Virus record (IMG/VR): IMGVR_UViG_3300042924_001089
Location: 1 to 35,274 of that record
Length of the DNA: 35,274 bases
Direction: 5' to 3' (one strand)
Source of the DNA: a virus
Taxonomy: Duplodnaviria; Caudoviricetes
A program made the translations under genes and the position numbers. This document shows, one piece after another, positions 1 through 8,814 of this stretch. Every line of letters begins with the position of its first letter. The first letter of the stretch is position 1. The notes beneath the pieces were generated by a model. That model was not told the DNA's origin. It did not search any database and saw only the letters and a list, made by a program, of their open reading frames with translations.

Positions 1-24
1 TGTATTGTAGATACCAGCGGTCAT
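1..24 (-). CDS. 5' fragment of a CDS running off the window (MTAGIYNT...), probable virion accessory protein
   Basis: ATG at 24 overlaps the TGA of the 24..164 ORF (TGATG coupling); only 8 codons visible. Confidence 0.5.
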
Positions 25-164
25 CAATTAGCCTTTTCTGTAGCCCAAATAAGAAATCCGCCTACCGTTACAAAGGCAAGAGGAACTGAGAACATAGCGA
101 CCCCGATGGCGACAAGAATTACTCCTGCCAATTCTGTTAATAAAGCAAAGTCAAGTTTTTTCAT
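24..164 (-). CDS. small membrane protein (46 aa)
   Basis: Not in ORF track; MKKLDFALLTELAGVILVAIGVAMFSVPLAFVTVGGFLIWATEKAN, two hydrophobic segments, GAGGAG RBS right after the terL stop. Confidence 0.75.
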   Translation of the reverse strand: MKKLDFALLTELAGVILVAIGVAMFSVPLAFVTVGGFLIWATEKAN

Positions 165-172
165 GATGCTCC

Positions 173-1735
173 TCATACTTGTATTGAGAAATATTTTGCA
201 ACTGGTTCTTTAGGTGCAGGAGGTTGTGTTGCTCGGTCATAACCAAAGATGGAAGCAACAGCAGCATCTACTTTTCTTCTAGATGAAGCTTTAGCAACCA
301 TGACCCCTCTTGATGATTGCTTAGTCACACAGTTAGCCACATGTCGTGCAAGACGTTCATCACCATCATGTGTAAATGACTGATTGACTACAGCTTCATA
401 GAACTTTTGTGTAGCAGGGACCATACGTTCTGCTGAGTTTGGATACGAAACGCACGGTAAACCATCTTCATCTAGTACCATAAAGGTTCTATTCCATCGT
501 GCAGGATCGAAAACAATCTCTTTTACGTTAAATCTACCGTCTCTACAAGTGTCAATAATAGTCTTTTCGACCTCTGCAACAGGCACATGCCACGCTTGAT
601 CCGCATCAATTGGTCTTTCCCATAGTCCTACAACCATTAAATGTGGTTTTTCAGAACCTACAAGCCACGCAATTAGTGCTGTAGAGTCGTTAGAGAAGGC
701 TCCATCGAATGCGAGAATGACGTCTTCACCTTGCATTGGCACTCTGTCCTTGTCAACCAATGCGTCCCAGCTTCCGGTAGGGAGCCAAGCAGTAGCTGTT
801 GAAACAAAGCAGTTAGTTCGCTTAGTTCGAAATTCTGCTTCTGGTGTTCTAAGCACCGAAGACTCAAAATCTTCAGAGTCGACAATGTCGTTAAAACCTG
901 GGTTTGATTCTTCCCACATGAATCGTTCTCGATGATCTGCCTCAACATTCTTTGGTTCCCACCAAGCAAAGAAGAATGACGGATCCTCTAATTCTTTTTT
1001 AACTAGTTGCTGTCCGTACTGGTAAAGTGAATAACACAAAGAATCTTGACCATCAGTCTGAGTTTTTACACCAGCTGTAGTAATACCGAACAACAAAGAA
1101 TCAGATCTTGCGCCTCCGGCAAGAGACATTACATCCCAAAGTTCACGATTTGGCTGCGCATGAACTTCATCGAAGATCACAAGAGGTGACGGATTGAGAC
1201 CTTCTTTTGTGTAAGCCTCTGCCGAGAGGACTTTATAGACAGAACCTGTATCTTTATATTCAATTGCATCGCGGTAAAGAGTAAACATTTTAGACAATTC
1301 TTCGTCTAATTCAACCATTCGCTTAGCAGTACCAAACACAATTCGTGCTTGATCTCTATCTGCTGCGCATGAATAGATCTCAGAACCTTGTCCACCTAGT
1401 GTTAAACCTGCTAGACCAACAGAGGCACCAAGAGCAGACTTACCATTTTTACGTGCCATTCCAATTAAAGCAATGCGGTGCTTAAATCTACCGTTTTCTT
1501 TTCTTGCTAAAGCATGGTTGAGAAGGTTCTCTTGCCAACTACGAAAACGAATTAACTCTCCTGCTTGTCCGCCTAATGAATCTTTAGTAACGCGACATAC
1601 TGTTTCAGCAAACTGTTTATAGACAGGACCATCGCCTCTTAATTGATCTTCTTCGGAAACAGGTGTAAGCCACTTAGGAGGCCAAGAATTACTTGGTTCG
1701 TTTGGTAGCAATAAGTTGTTCGAGAGCTGTGACAC
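173..1735 (-). CDS. terL: terminase large subunit
   Basis: Walker A ARKNGKS, Walker B IFDEVH, ITTAG motif III, nuclease FDG...DSTA and KVDAAVA. Confidence 0.96.
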   Translation of the reverse strand: MSQLSNNLLLPNEPSNSWPPKWLTPVSEEDQLRGDGPVYKQFAETVCRVTKDSLGGQAGELIRFRSWQENLLNHALARKENGRFKHRIALIGMARKNGKSALGASVGLAGLTLGGQGSEIYSCAADRDQARIVFGTAKRMVELDEELSKMFTLYRDAIEYKDTGSVYKVLSAEAYTKEGLNPSPLVIFDEVHAQPNRELWDVMSLAGGARSDSLLFGITTAGVKTQTDGQDSLCYSLYQYGQQLVKKELEDPSFFFAWWEPKNVEADHRERFMWEESNPGFNDIVDSEDFESSVLRTPEAEFRTKRTNCFVSTATAWLPTGSWDALVDKDRVPMQGEDVILAFDGAFSNDSTALIAWLVGSEKPHLMVVGLWERPIDADQAWHVPVAEVEKTIIDTCRDGRFNVKEIVFDPARWNRTFMVLDEDGLPCVSYPNSAERMVPATQKFYEAVVNQSFTHDGDERLARHVANCVTKQSSRGVMVAKASSRRKVDAAVASIFGYDRATQPPAPKEPVAKYFSIQV

Positions 1736-2153
1736 GCTTAACCTCCGCTACGCCTAATTGCGAGCGAGATGTTGGTGTAAATCCTAACGAGGCCAAAGCC
1801 TCATGGAAAGATTTACTTAGTGCAACCACAAGCCGCCCGTCTTGTGAATCACGTGTCGTATTGTAAACTGTTCTTGCCAAATTAAGATCATCTGCAACTC
1901 GACATGCATGATGGACTTGTGTTAAATCACTTACAGGAGAAAGCCAAGTGATTGCACGATCCCATGCTTTTCCCCAAAGCTCTCTACCTTCTAGGCCGAG
2001 ATCCATAGGAGGAGTAGGAATACCATCGGCCATCGGCAAGACAGTGATCTTCTGAACATCAGGAAGTTTGCGACCACCTGAATCCGTTGTAGGAGTTCGG
2101 CCTGTTTTGCGCTTCTGCTCGATAGGTTTGCGTGGACGACCCGCGGTCATCAA
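1689..2153 (-). CDS. terS: terminase small subunit (P27-like)
   Basis: GRPRKP N-terminus, LGFTPTSRSQL motif, position immediately upstream of terL. Confidence 0.88.
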   Translation of the reverse strand: MMTAGRPRKPIEQKRKTGRTPTTDSGGRKLPDVQKITVLPMADGIPTPPMDLGLEGRELWGKAWDRAITWLSPVSDLTQVHHACRVADDLNLARTVYNTTRDSQDGRLVVALSKSFHEALASLGFTPTSRSQLGVAEVKRVTALEQLIATKRTK

Positions 2154-2296
2154 ATTCCTCCAGTTTGGTCAAATCAATAATTTTGATACTTTGTACGCTT
2201 CCATGGATGCGGGGTATCCAGCGTAGTTTTTACATGTAGTTTTAGGCCATACCATACCACCCGTTGGCCCTCTATGGGATTTAGTATAACAAATTG

Positions 2297-2608
2297 TTAT
2301 TTAGGACTGGAAGTACCTTTGCTGCTGTTGCATCGTCTACATAGGACTTGAAGATTGGATTCAACTGTGAGACCACCACTCGATAACGGGATTATGTGAT
2401 CCACAGTTAAATCGTTGGTTGCTTTACAAATAGAACAATAAGGTTGTAATAGTCTTAGTTGTTTTGATAACCTTTTCCAATTTGCATCGTAACCCCTATC
2501 TGCACGTGAAGGACGAGAGGTTGCTTTGAACTTCTGATACTTCTTATTGCACATAGGACATCTAGGTTTATTTGCTAACACACCACAATCTAAGCATGGT
2601 TTATTCAT
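2297..2608 (-). CDS. HNH endonuclease (packaging-associated, HK97 gp74-like)
   Basis: CSIC...TVDHIIP...GG...NLQVLCRRCNSSK; upstream of terS. Confidence 0.92.
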   Translation of the reverse strand: MNKPCLDCGVLANKPRCPMCNKKYQKFKATSRPSRADRGYDANWKRLSKQLRLLQPYCSICKATNDLTVDHIIPLSSGGLTVESNLQVLCRRCNSSKGTSSPK

Positions 2609-2650
2609 TAGCGTCCGATTTTTTAGATAGCTGTAGTTCGGTGATTCCTA

Positions 2651-2656
2651 TTATAA
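2651..2656 (-). promoter_or_regulatory. possible -10 element of the late (HNH-terS-terL) promoter
   Basis: TATAAT on the minus strand in the 2609-2662 gap; no clear -35. Confidence 0.35.
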
Positions 2657-2662
2657 ATTACA

Positions 2663-3277
2663 TCACTGTGATTGTACAGAGGTTTCTACCATCAACTTAG
2701 CCAACCTAGACCACTGTTCATATGCCCATTGGTGCGTGTTGTCATGTAGACAATGGACATCACCATTAGGTTCTAATCTTAAACTACCAATGCAGTCTTG
2801 TACAGGACATTTAACAGCCTTAGGTGGTTTTCTCTCACCATAGATAATACTTCTTAATGTTGTCCATGGTTCTTTAATCTCATTGTAGTAATCAGTCCAC
2901 AGTTCGCTATCTGCTAACCAATCATTATGTGTATCTAATACACGATGCAATGAATGTAGTTTGTTTGTCTCCTTTGTAGATCTTAGGCAATTAGTGTCCA
3001 GACTTCTTGTTTCTACAACATATTCACACCATGCTTGAAGAACACTTTGAACACCTGTTTTAGCAATAAGATCTACAATCTGGACATTGATTACTGATCT
3101 ATCAGATAATGAGCCTCTACCTTCTTGTTTAGAAGATACCTGTTGTCTAAGGGAAGGACTTGCAACTAGAAGATCTATGAAAGCAATTAACTCATTCAGC
3201 ATTTTTTTTAATCTTTTTCTGCAATGTGGACAAGCACCTTTTTCACTTACCCCTCTACAACTAAGGCATTTATCCAT
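2663..3277 (-). CDS. Cys-rich hypothetical protein, possible late-transcription regulator
   Basis: CxxC pairs at the N-terminus and CP..C near the C-terminus; last gene before the packaging module. Confidence 0.55.
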   Translation of the reverse strand: MDKCLSCRGVSEKGACPHCRKRLKKMLNELIAFIDLLVASPSLRQQVSSKQEGRGSLSDRSVINVQIVDLIAKTGVQSVLQAWCEYVVETRSLDTNCLRSTKETNKLHSLHRVLDTHNDWLADSELWTDYYNEIKEPWTTLRSIIYGERKPPKAVKCPVQDCIGSLRLEPNGDVHCLHDNTHQWAYEQWSRLAKLMVETSVQSQ

Positions 3278-3731
3278 TTTTCTTCCTTAGCTTTTCCATT
3301 AACAATTTAACTTCTTCTGGTGGACCTTTTCTCTGGTGATTATTGATGGTTATATGATGATTAGGGTGGCCACCAGCTTGACCTCTACCGCTGGCCATAG
3401 CTGTGACCTCAGCCGCAGGACGTTCTGAGTCGTCATCATGCGTGGACAGGACATCAGTGACCTGCGGCTTTTTATATAACAATCTGTAACGATTATTAGA
3501 AATGCCAGCTCTAGAGTGCTGTTCTATAAACAAATAGTTATCAGAAATCATTTGATGAATGATTCTACGGATCTGCCTCACACTGATCTTGCACTTATCT
3601 GCCAAATATTGTTGACTTGGCCAACAAATACCTTGGTCATCACAATGATCTGCCAATGCTAAATGGACAATTAAAGCATTGCCATTGTAAGGAGAGTTTT
3701 CCCATACATAGGTCATAGCTTTAACTGACAT
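3270..3731 (-). CDS. HTH replication initiator-like protein
   Basis: LALADHCDDQGICWPSQQYLADKCKISVRQIRR (HTH_36-type); start taken at ATG 3731, coupled to the ssb stop. Confidence 0.75.
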   Translation of the reverse strand: MSVKAMTYVWENSPYNGNALIVHLALADHCDDQGICWPSQQYLADKCKISVRQIRRIIHQMISDNYLFIEQHSRAGISNNRYRLLYKKPQVTDVLSTHDDDSERPAAEVTAMASGRGQAGGHPNHHITINNHQRKGPPEEVKLLMEKLRKKNG

Positions 3732-4129
3732 TAGAACACCGCTTCTGTAGGATCCCAAGCAACTGGATCTGGATTCTTAGTTCTTGGAGTGCCATGATAC
3801 TTTTGCACAACAATTTGCTTAGCAATAGTATCAACCAAAACCTCATATGACGAGCGCTTATTTCCGTCTTTGTCAATCCATGTCGTTTGCTTAATTGTGC
3901 CTGTAATAGTCACCAGATCGCCTCGTTTAATGTTATCTACAAGAGCCTCCGCGTAGCCTCCAAACGCTTTGCATTCCCACCAACTTGTGTCTGCATCTAC
4001 CCATTCATCATTAACTTTCTTTCGTGTATTGGACACTACGCTAAATGGAACATAAGCTTTACCTTGTTGTGTAAACTTAATGTCCATATCTTTACCAACG
4101 CGACCTTTGATTGTTATTGCTGCACTCAT
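3731..4129 (-). CDS. ssb: single-stranded DNA-binding protein
   Basis: ITIKGRVGKD...KFTQQGK, RGDLVTITG, WIDKDGNKRS; acidic/aromatic C-terminal tip. Confidence 0.92.
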   Translation of the reverse strand: MSAAITIKGRVGKDMDIKFTQQGKAYVPFSVVSNTRKKVNDEWVDADTSWWECKAFGGYAEALVDNIKRGDLVTITGTIKQTTWIDKDGNKRSSYEVLVDTIAKQIVVQKYHGTPRTKNPDPVAWDPTEAVF

Positions 4130-4404
4130 TTTTGCTCCTTTATTTGTCGGACTAGATCTTTAATGTCTTTATTTTTCATGCCACCCCATACTCCATACAC
4201 TGGCCAATGTTTTATTGCATATCCAAGACAATTCATTTGTACTGGACAATTCTGGCATATACTTAAAGCTGCTCTTTGTTCTAAATTGGTTGGATGTTCG
4301 CTATCTGGAAAAAACCAATCAGGATCAATGCTTGGATCAGTGCAATTAGCATCTTTCATCCAAGCAGCTGATTCTACCTTGAACTCTAAATCTCTTATTG
4401 TCAT
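4126..4404 (-). CDS. whiB: WhiB-family Fe-S transcription regulator
   Basis: C...DPDWFFP...C-x2-CPV-x3-C...GVWGG; start taken at ATG 4404, overlapping the upstream stop. Confidence 0.93.
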   Translation of the reverse strand: MTIRDLEFKVESAAWMKDANCTDPSIDPDWFFPDSEHPTNLEQRAALSICQNCPVQMNCLGYAIKHWPVYGVWGGMKNKDIKDLVRQIKEQK

Positions 4405-4739
4405 AAATAACCTGCTTCTTTGAGTAATTGGATCATTATTCTTACTGGAACACATGCTGGCCAATTCTCAATGTCGGCTTCACCTTGTCCATTCTGTCTT
4501 AATACAGCGATGGGGATTACGCCTTCTTTTATTCTTTTTGCTTGTTGTTTCATTGCTGATTTAGGATCAAAGTCTGCTCTAGCCTTTAGTTCCCAATCAA
4601 CACCGATAACTCCTTTTATATCCGTTCCTGCCGCCGATGAACTACTAGCTTCTGCATAAATCCAGCCTTGACGTTTTAGATACTCAGCAAAGATCAATTC
4701 AGTTTCTCGACCTCTACGTTTTCTAGATAGGTTTGTCAT
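4401..4739 (-). CDS. Holliday junction resolvase-like PD-(D/E)XK nuclease
   Basis: RKRRGRETE...GTDI...WELKAR pattern of Hjc-like phage resolvases. Confidence 0.75.
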   Translation of the reverse strand: MTNLSRKRRGRETELIFAEYLKRQGWIYAEASSSSAAGTDIKGVIGVDWELKARADFDPKSAMKQQAKRIKEGVIPIAVLRQNGQGEADIENWPACVPVRIMIQLLKEAGYL

Positions 4740-4900
4740 TCTTTGCCTCCCCATCCATCACCTTTGAAAATAGCGGGTACAGCGGTAAAAATCTTTTGCA
4801 TAACCTCTCCACAATCACATCTAGGACCGTGCTCTGATACTGAGTGGCTGACTTCAACGGTGATTCCACATCTTTGGCATTTGTAGTCATAAGTTGGCAT
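4736..4900 (-). CDS. FmdB-family zinc-ribbon protein (54 aa)
   Basis: Not in ORF track; MPTYDYKCQRCG...CDCGEVMQKIFTAVPAIFKGDGWG. Confidence 0.85.
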   Translation of the reverse strand: MPTYDYKCQRCGITVEVSHSVSEHGPRCDCGEVMQKIFTAVPAIFKGDGWGGKE

Positions 4901-5166
4901 CATTCATCCCAAGAATTCTTTAACCAGCCTGTTTTAAGAGCTTCTGCAGGATTAGTTGTAATCCAAAAATGGCAGTTATGGCAAAGAGCTCGGCAGTTTT
5001 CGACTTCTAGAATAGATCCTCCACGCGCTCTACTTTTAACTTCATGCACTTCCTCTGAGGCTTTTACATGACAACGTTGGCACATTGGATAAGTTTCTAG
5101 CATATATCTAACTAGAATTCTTCTTTGAATGTACTTGTTTGCCATTTTTTTACTTCTCGCTCTCAT
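4900..5166 (-). CDS. small HNH-like protein
   Basis: CQRC...VHEVKSRARGGS...NCRALCHNCH. Confidence 0.75.
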   Translation of the reverse strand: MRARSKKMANKYIQRRILVRYMLETYPMCQRCHVKASEEVHEVKSRARGGSILEVENCRALCHNCHFWITTNPAEALKTGWLKNSWDE

Positions 5167-5516
5167 GTATATTGACCAACACCTTCTGCACTGAACTGTT
5201 GTCTAATTGCGGCTGAAAGTGATTGCCCAATAGATATTTGAGATCTTAAAGTGTTTATTCGTTCTTTAATTGCTCTTACTTCTGCCTCTGCAATTTCCAT
5301 TGCTAGGCGTAAATCAGCACAAGCCAAAATTGCTTCTTGTCTTCTGACGTCCATCGATCCATTTGATTGCAGAAAAGATCTTGCATAGGCAACCTCATAA
5401 GAACCTTTTGCTCTTACTGCTTTATCGTCACTCATAGCAATTTCATCTGTTGCAGAGTCTAACATACGAGAAAGTTCGCTAAGTCGCTTGACTACTTCAG
5501 TTTGATTAGGCAACAC
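5163..5516 (-). CDS. coiled-coil hypothetical protein
   Basis: Open frame coupled to neighbours; likely GTG start at 5516 after AGGA. Confidence 0.65.
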   Translation of the reverse strand: MLPNQTEVVKRLSELSRMLDSATDEIAMSDDKAVRAKGSYEVAYARSFLQSNGSMDVRRQEAILACADLRLAMEIAEAEVRAIKERINTLRSQISIGQSLSAAIRQQFSAEGVGQYT

Positions 5517-5640
5517 GGCGTTTTCCTTTCTGCTTTGCTTTACAATCAATGCAAAAATGAGGATTACCCATAAGTTTATCTAAAGCATAGAGATAAGTCC
5601 ATGCTCCGCATGCTTCACATCTAGCAACTGGCTCAGTCAT
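5506..5640 (-). CDS. small CxxC/CxxC protein (44 aa)
   Basis: Not in ORF track; MTEPVARCEACG...FCIDCKAKQKGKRRVA fills the 5550-5632 gap. Confidence 0.7.
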   Translation of the reverse strand: MTEPVARCEACGAWTYLYALDKLMGNPHFCIDCKAKQKGKRRVA

Positions 5641-6442
5641 TGATTTTACCTGCCAAGAATCTTTCAAATCGAGTTAAATGATCCGGAATGTTGCCTTTTA
5701 GTATAGATCTAGCAGTATGACTGATCTCGCCAATTGTATTTCCAGTCCACATTGGTTCGTAATCCTTAAATGAACCATTAAAATATGCCTTAATCCATTG
5801 AGCTTGTGGAATGTGTTCATCGTAAATGTGTAAACTACCTACAACATGTACATATTGACCCATTTCGACATCTAAAGCTTTGGCAATTGCACCTTGTAAT
5901 GCAATAAATTGAGTCAGGTCATATGGAAGACCTAAAAATACGTCATTGCTTCTCATGTTTGTTCTAGCAATTAACTTATTGTCTCTAATGAAGTACTGTA
6001 GGTTTAATGTACAAGGAACATCTTTCACATCAACATTTAGATCTTTATTTGAGTCAAATATAGTCAAAACTGCTTGTCTTGTAGAGTAATCTTTCTTTAA
6101 TTGATCTACAACCTTATTGAGATTACCGTGAATACGTGGACCATAAGCACCATGAAGTATTCCGTTATCCATGTACTTTCCAAACACTTGACTGGTATTT
6201 GTCATTGCTTCTGGATCAGTAACTTGTCCAACAAGTTGTAATGCTTCTTTGATACCAATATTGTGGTTAAGTTTGCGGTTTTCCATAGATACAGGTATGT
6301 TCCATGGTTTTTCAACTTGTAAAGTGACGTTAAGCAGCTCTCTAGTGACCATACCACGAGGAGATATTGCTTCACCATGCTCAATTACATATTGAGTTGC
6401 TAACTCTAAAGCTTCGCTTGGATTTTCTGTAATTATATGCAT
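5633..6442 (-). CDS. thymidylate-synthase-family enzyme, probable dCMP hydroxymethylase (or methylase)
   Basis: YGPR, STRQA, DVPCTLNLQYFIRD, MRSNDVFLGLPYD, GSLHIY; Asp at the E. coli ThyA N177 position. Confidence 0.85.
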   Translation of the reverse strand: MHIITENPSEALELATQYVIEHGEAISPRGMVTRELLNVTLQVEKPWNIPVSMENRKLNHNIGIKEALQLVGQVTDPEAMTNTSQVFGKYMDNGILHGAYGPRIHGNLNKVVDQLKKDYSTRQAVLTIFDSNKDLNVDVKDVPCTLNLQYFIRDNKLIARTNMRSNDVFLGLPYDLTQFIALQGAIAKALDVEMGQYVHVVGSLHIYDEHIPQAQWIKAYFNGSFKDYEPMWTGNTIGEISHTARSILKGNIPDHLTRFERFLAGKIND

Positions 6443-6885
6443 TACCTGACCACCTCACTATGGATTATTGTTTTGTCTAAATATTTTACTTGTCTAAAAG
6501 CTTCTACAAATAAAGATCTTGAGTGTAGAACAAAATCAATCTCTAGTTCTTCACCTCGTCTTAACAATTCTTCAGCTATCGCATCTTCTGATCTTGTTAA
6601 TAGGATTAACCTAGCTCCTAGTTTAGCAAGTTCCCAATTGCAATAATCAAATGTTGTTTCATCAAACAATGATACTCTTCCATAGATCTTTGGCCATACA
6701 ACTTCACCTAAATGCCATCGATCTAAAACCATGTTACTAGAAGTTAACGGTCGAATGTATTCATCGGACCATAACCTTGTTCTAGGTTGTTGAGCATGTA
6801 AATATTGTGCATTGTATCGTTCAGTTAACTTTTGAGCGTAAGTTGTTTTACCTGTTCCATCAGAACCTTCGATGATTGTAATCAT
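6442..6885 (-). CDS. dNMP kinase (thymidylate kinase-like P-loop)
   Basis: IIEGSDGTGKTT P-loop and LDRW motif. Confidence 0.85.
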   Translation of the reverse strand: MITIIEGSDGTGKTTYAQKLTERYNAQYLHAQQPRTRLWSDEYIRPLTSSNMVLDRWHLGEVVWPKIYGRVSLFDETTFDYCNWELAKLGARLILLTRSEDAIAEELLRRGEELEIDFVLHSRSLFVEAFRQVKYLDKTIIHSEVVR

Positions 6886-7769
6886 CTAACTTCACCCCAT
6901 TCTCTGAAACTATCAACTTGTGAATGGTCCATTATAACTGGTTTTACGTCACCTGCCACATTCCACAATAAAGTTGAATTTGTTTTAGGAGCAGATGTTT
7001 TGTCCAACATAAACCTTTCTAGACCTTTGCAATCATATGTTGGTGCGGAGTTAATTTCCTTATTGATTTCGTCCGCATAGTCAGCTTTTTCTCTGAAAGC
7101 TTTATGGTAAGTTGTAACGTCCGCTCTTCCGATCTCTCCTGGATGAAGGTTTCTAGCAACTGCAATTCCGTGGAAGGTTGCATTTGGCCAAGCAATTTGG
7201 AGAGTTCTTGTAAGAACTCCTGTACTAATAACTGATACAACATCTTTTGGTTCATCTCGGTCTCCCCATTGTTGAATTGTTGATTTAACTCCAGCTGCAA
7301 CAACTAGGGGATGATCTAAACCAAATGGCACAAATTGAGCATTATTTTGTTCTGCCCAATCTTTGGCATACTTGTTCAGAACTGGCATTGCTGCAATTCT
7401 TCGAAAGATTGGATTTGCTCCTCTTTCAATGCAGACTAATTGATGGTCACTGACTACTTTTGATGAAGGCATAAACAATGTTAACTTTTTGTTATATTTT
7501 TTTGCCAGAGCAGCTAACGAAACTCCTGCCCAACCGACTCTTGGTTGGACATAAACCAAATGATCTGATTCCATGGTTTTAACCAATAGATCTCCCCATC
7601 GACCTTTTGTGCCAACTCCAGTTACAGAATCATCCCAAATTGTTGCTCCATGAAATGTACCTATATTTGGCGCTTGTGTTTCATCAGTCCAATCACCAGC
7701 AAGATCTAACCACTGATCTCTATGCCGATGTGAGTACTTACTTGACGAATCTGTGGTTATCTTAAACAT
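6882..7769 (-). CDS. fold-type II PLP-dependent enzyme
   Basis: GTKGR (putative Schiff-base Lys), ISTGVLTRTL phosphate-binding loop, YDCK, LLWNVAG; resembles PLP enzymes in phage base-hypermodification loci. Confidence 0.8.
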   Translation of the reverse strand: MFKITTDSSSKYSHRHRDQWLDLAGDWTDETQAPNIGTFHGATIWDDSVTGVGTKGRWGDLLVKTMESDHLVYVQPRVGWAGVSLAALAKKYNKKLTLFMPSSKVVSDHQLVCIERGANPIFRRIAAMPVLNKYAKDWAEQNNAQFVPFGLDHPLVVAAGVKSTIQQWGDRDEPKDVVSVISTGVLTRTLQIAWPNATFHGIAVARNLHPGEIGRADVTTYHKAFREKADYADEINKEINSAPTYDCKGLERFMLDKTSAPKTNSTLLWNVAGDVKPVIMDHSQVDSFREWGEVR

Positions 7770-8814
7770 TGTGAGCCTCCAAATGTTTGTTGTAAGTCCA
7801 ATGTTTTGTGTGATGAGGTATAAGTGATTTGTTTGTCACTTGCCATGGTTTGAGATGTTCATAACCTTTTGGTACATAGCATTCAACATATCGGACATAG
7901 TCACAAGCAACATCTTCTAGGCTTAAACCTTTTCCTAGATTTCTTTGATGGTCACGTGGGTCATATGGAGATCTAAATTCCTTGCAAATACGATCCATTG
8001 CAGCATCTAGAAAGTCTTTTTGTTTGTAACCTTCGTTCTTAAATATTAAGTTTAATGCTTGAATTGCATTAGAACCGTAATTAACTCTGCTCCATGGATC
8101 TATTAAATCAGGAAAATACTGAGCAACATCCATCACGAATGCGGTCATTACAAAGTGAAAACATTTTAGACCTCTCGATTTGTGCCATTCATTGATCCAG
8201 TCCACTCCATCTCTAATTGACATTGTCAATGGATTGTAAGACAAATGAGTATAAAAATCTTTAACTAAATGCGGCATATATTCTGAGATATAGAGCTGAG
8301 ATCCACGTGGATATTCTGCATTTGGTTTTGGAAATTGTGGGATTTGATTACCAATGCTCGTAAATATTGGTCTACCAGTTCTCATTTCACTTAATACATA
8401 ATTTCTCATATGAATCATGTTATCTGTTTTCAGAGCCATATCCGAAAGTATGCTATTTCTAAATCCATGGTCATAACTAAAGGAAGCGCCTGATCCAGTA
8501 ACTCTGTGAATCATAAATAGATAAAACCAATCCATTGTGTGTAAATTGTAACCGTCAAAACGACTATCAATTTGCCACTTTTTTGGATTATTAGAGCCAT
8601 ACCAAATCTGTTGTATAGCATTGCTAAATCCAGCAAACTCACGATCTACTGTGTCATAAATAGTTATGTGATGCTGCAATGGATCATCAACATGAAGATC
8701 TTCAGATGTATCACGTCCGTTTTCGCTTGCAATGTTAATTGTTTGCAAAACTACAGCCTTTTCGTAATACTTCTTAAAGTCTTCCCAATAAATAGTTTCA
8801 ATTATTTTAGACAT
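7762..8814 (-). CDS. aGPT-Pplase-like (clade 1-like) DNA base hypermodification protein
   Basis: DDPL...YDTVDRE, F...D...YFP...V.YGSNA...L..IF and LEDVACDYVRY resemble the aGPT-Pplase1 pattern; gene context agrees. Confidence 0.62.
   Translation of the reverse strand: MSKIIETIYWEDFKKYYEKAVVLQTINIASENGRDTSEDLHVDDPLQHHITIYDTVDREFAGFSNAIQQIWYGSNNPKKWQIDSRFDGYNLHTMDWFYLFMIHRVTGSGASFSYDHGFRNSILSDMALKTDNMIHMRNYVLSEMRTGRPIFTSIGNQIPQFPKPNAEYPRGSQLYISEYMPHLVKDFYTHLSYNPLTMSIRDGVDWINEWHKSRGLKCFHFVMTAFVMDVAQYFPDLIDPWSRVNYGSNAIQALNLIFKNEGYKQKDFLDAAMDRICKEFRSPYDPRDHQRNLGKGLSLEDVACDYVRYVECYVPKGYEHLKPWQVTNKSLIPHHTKHWTYNKHLEAHNV

Noticed and set aside
5633-6442. Annotation as ordinary thymidylate synthase (thyA)
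   Set aside because: Asp at the N177-equivalent position, Cys-Thr instead of Cys-His, and modification-gene context argue against a plain dTMP synthase
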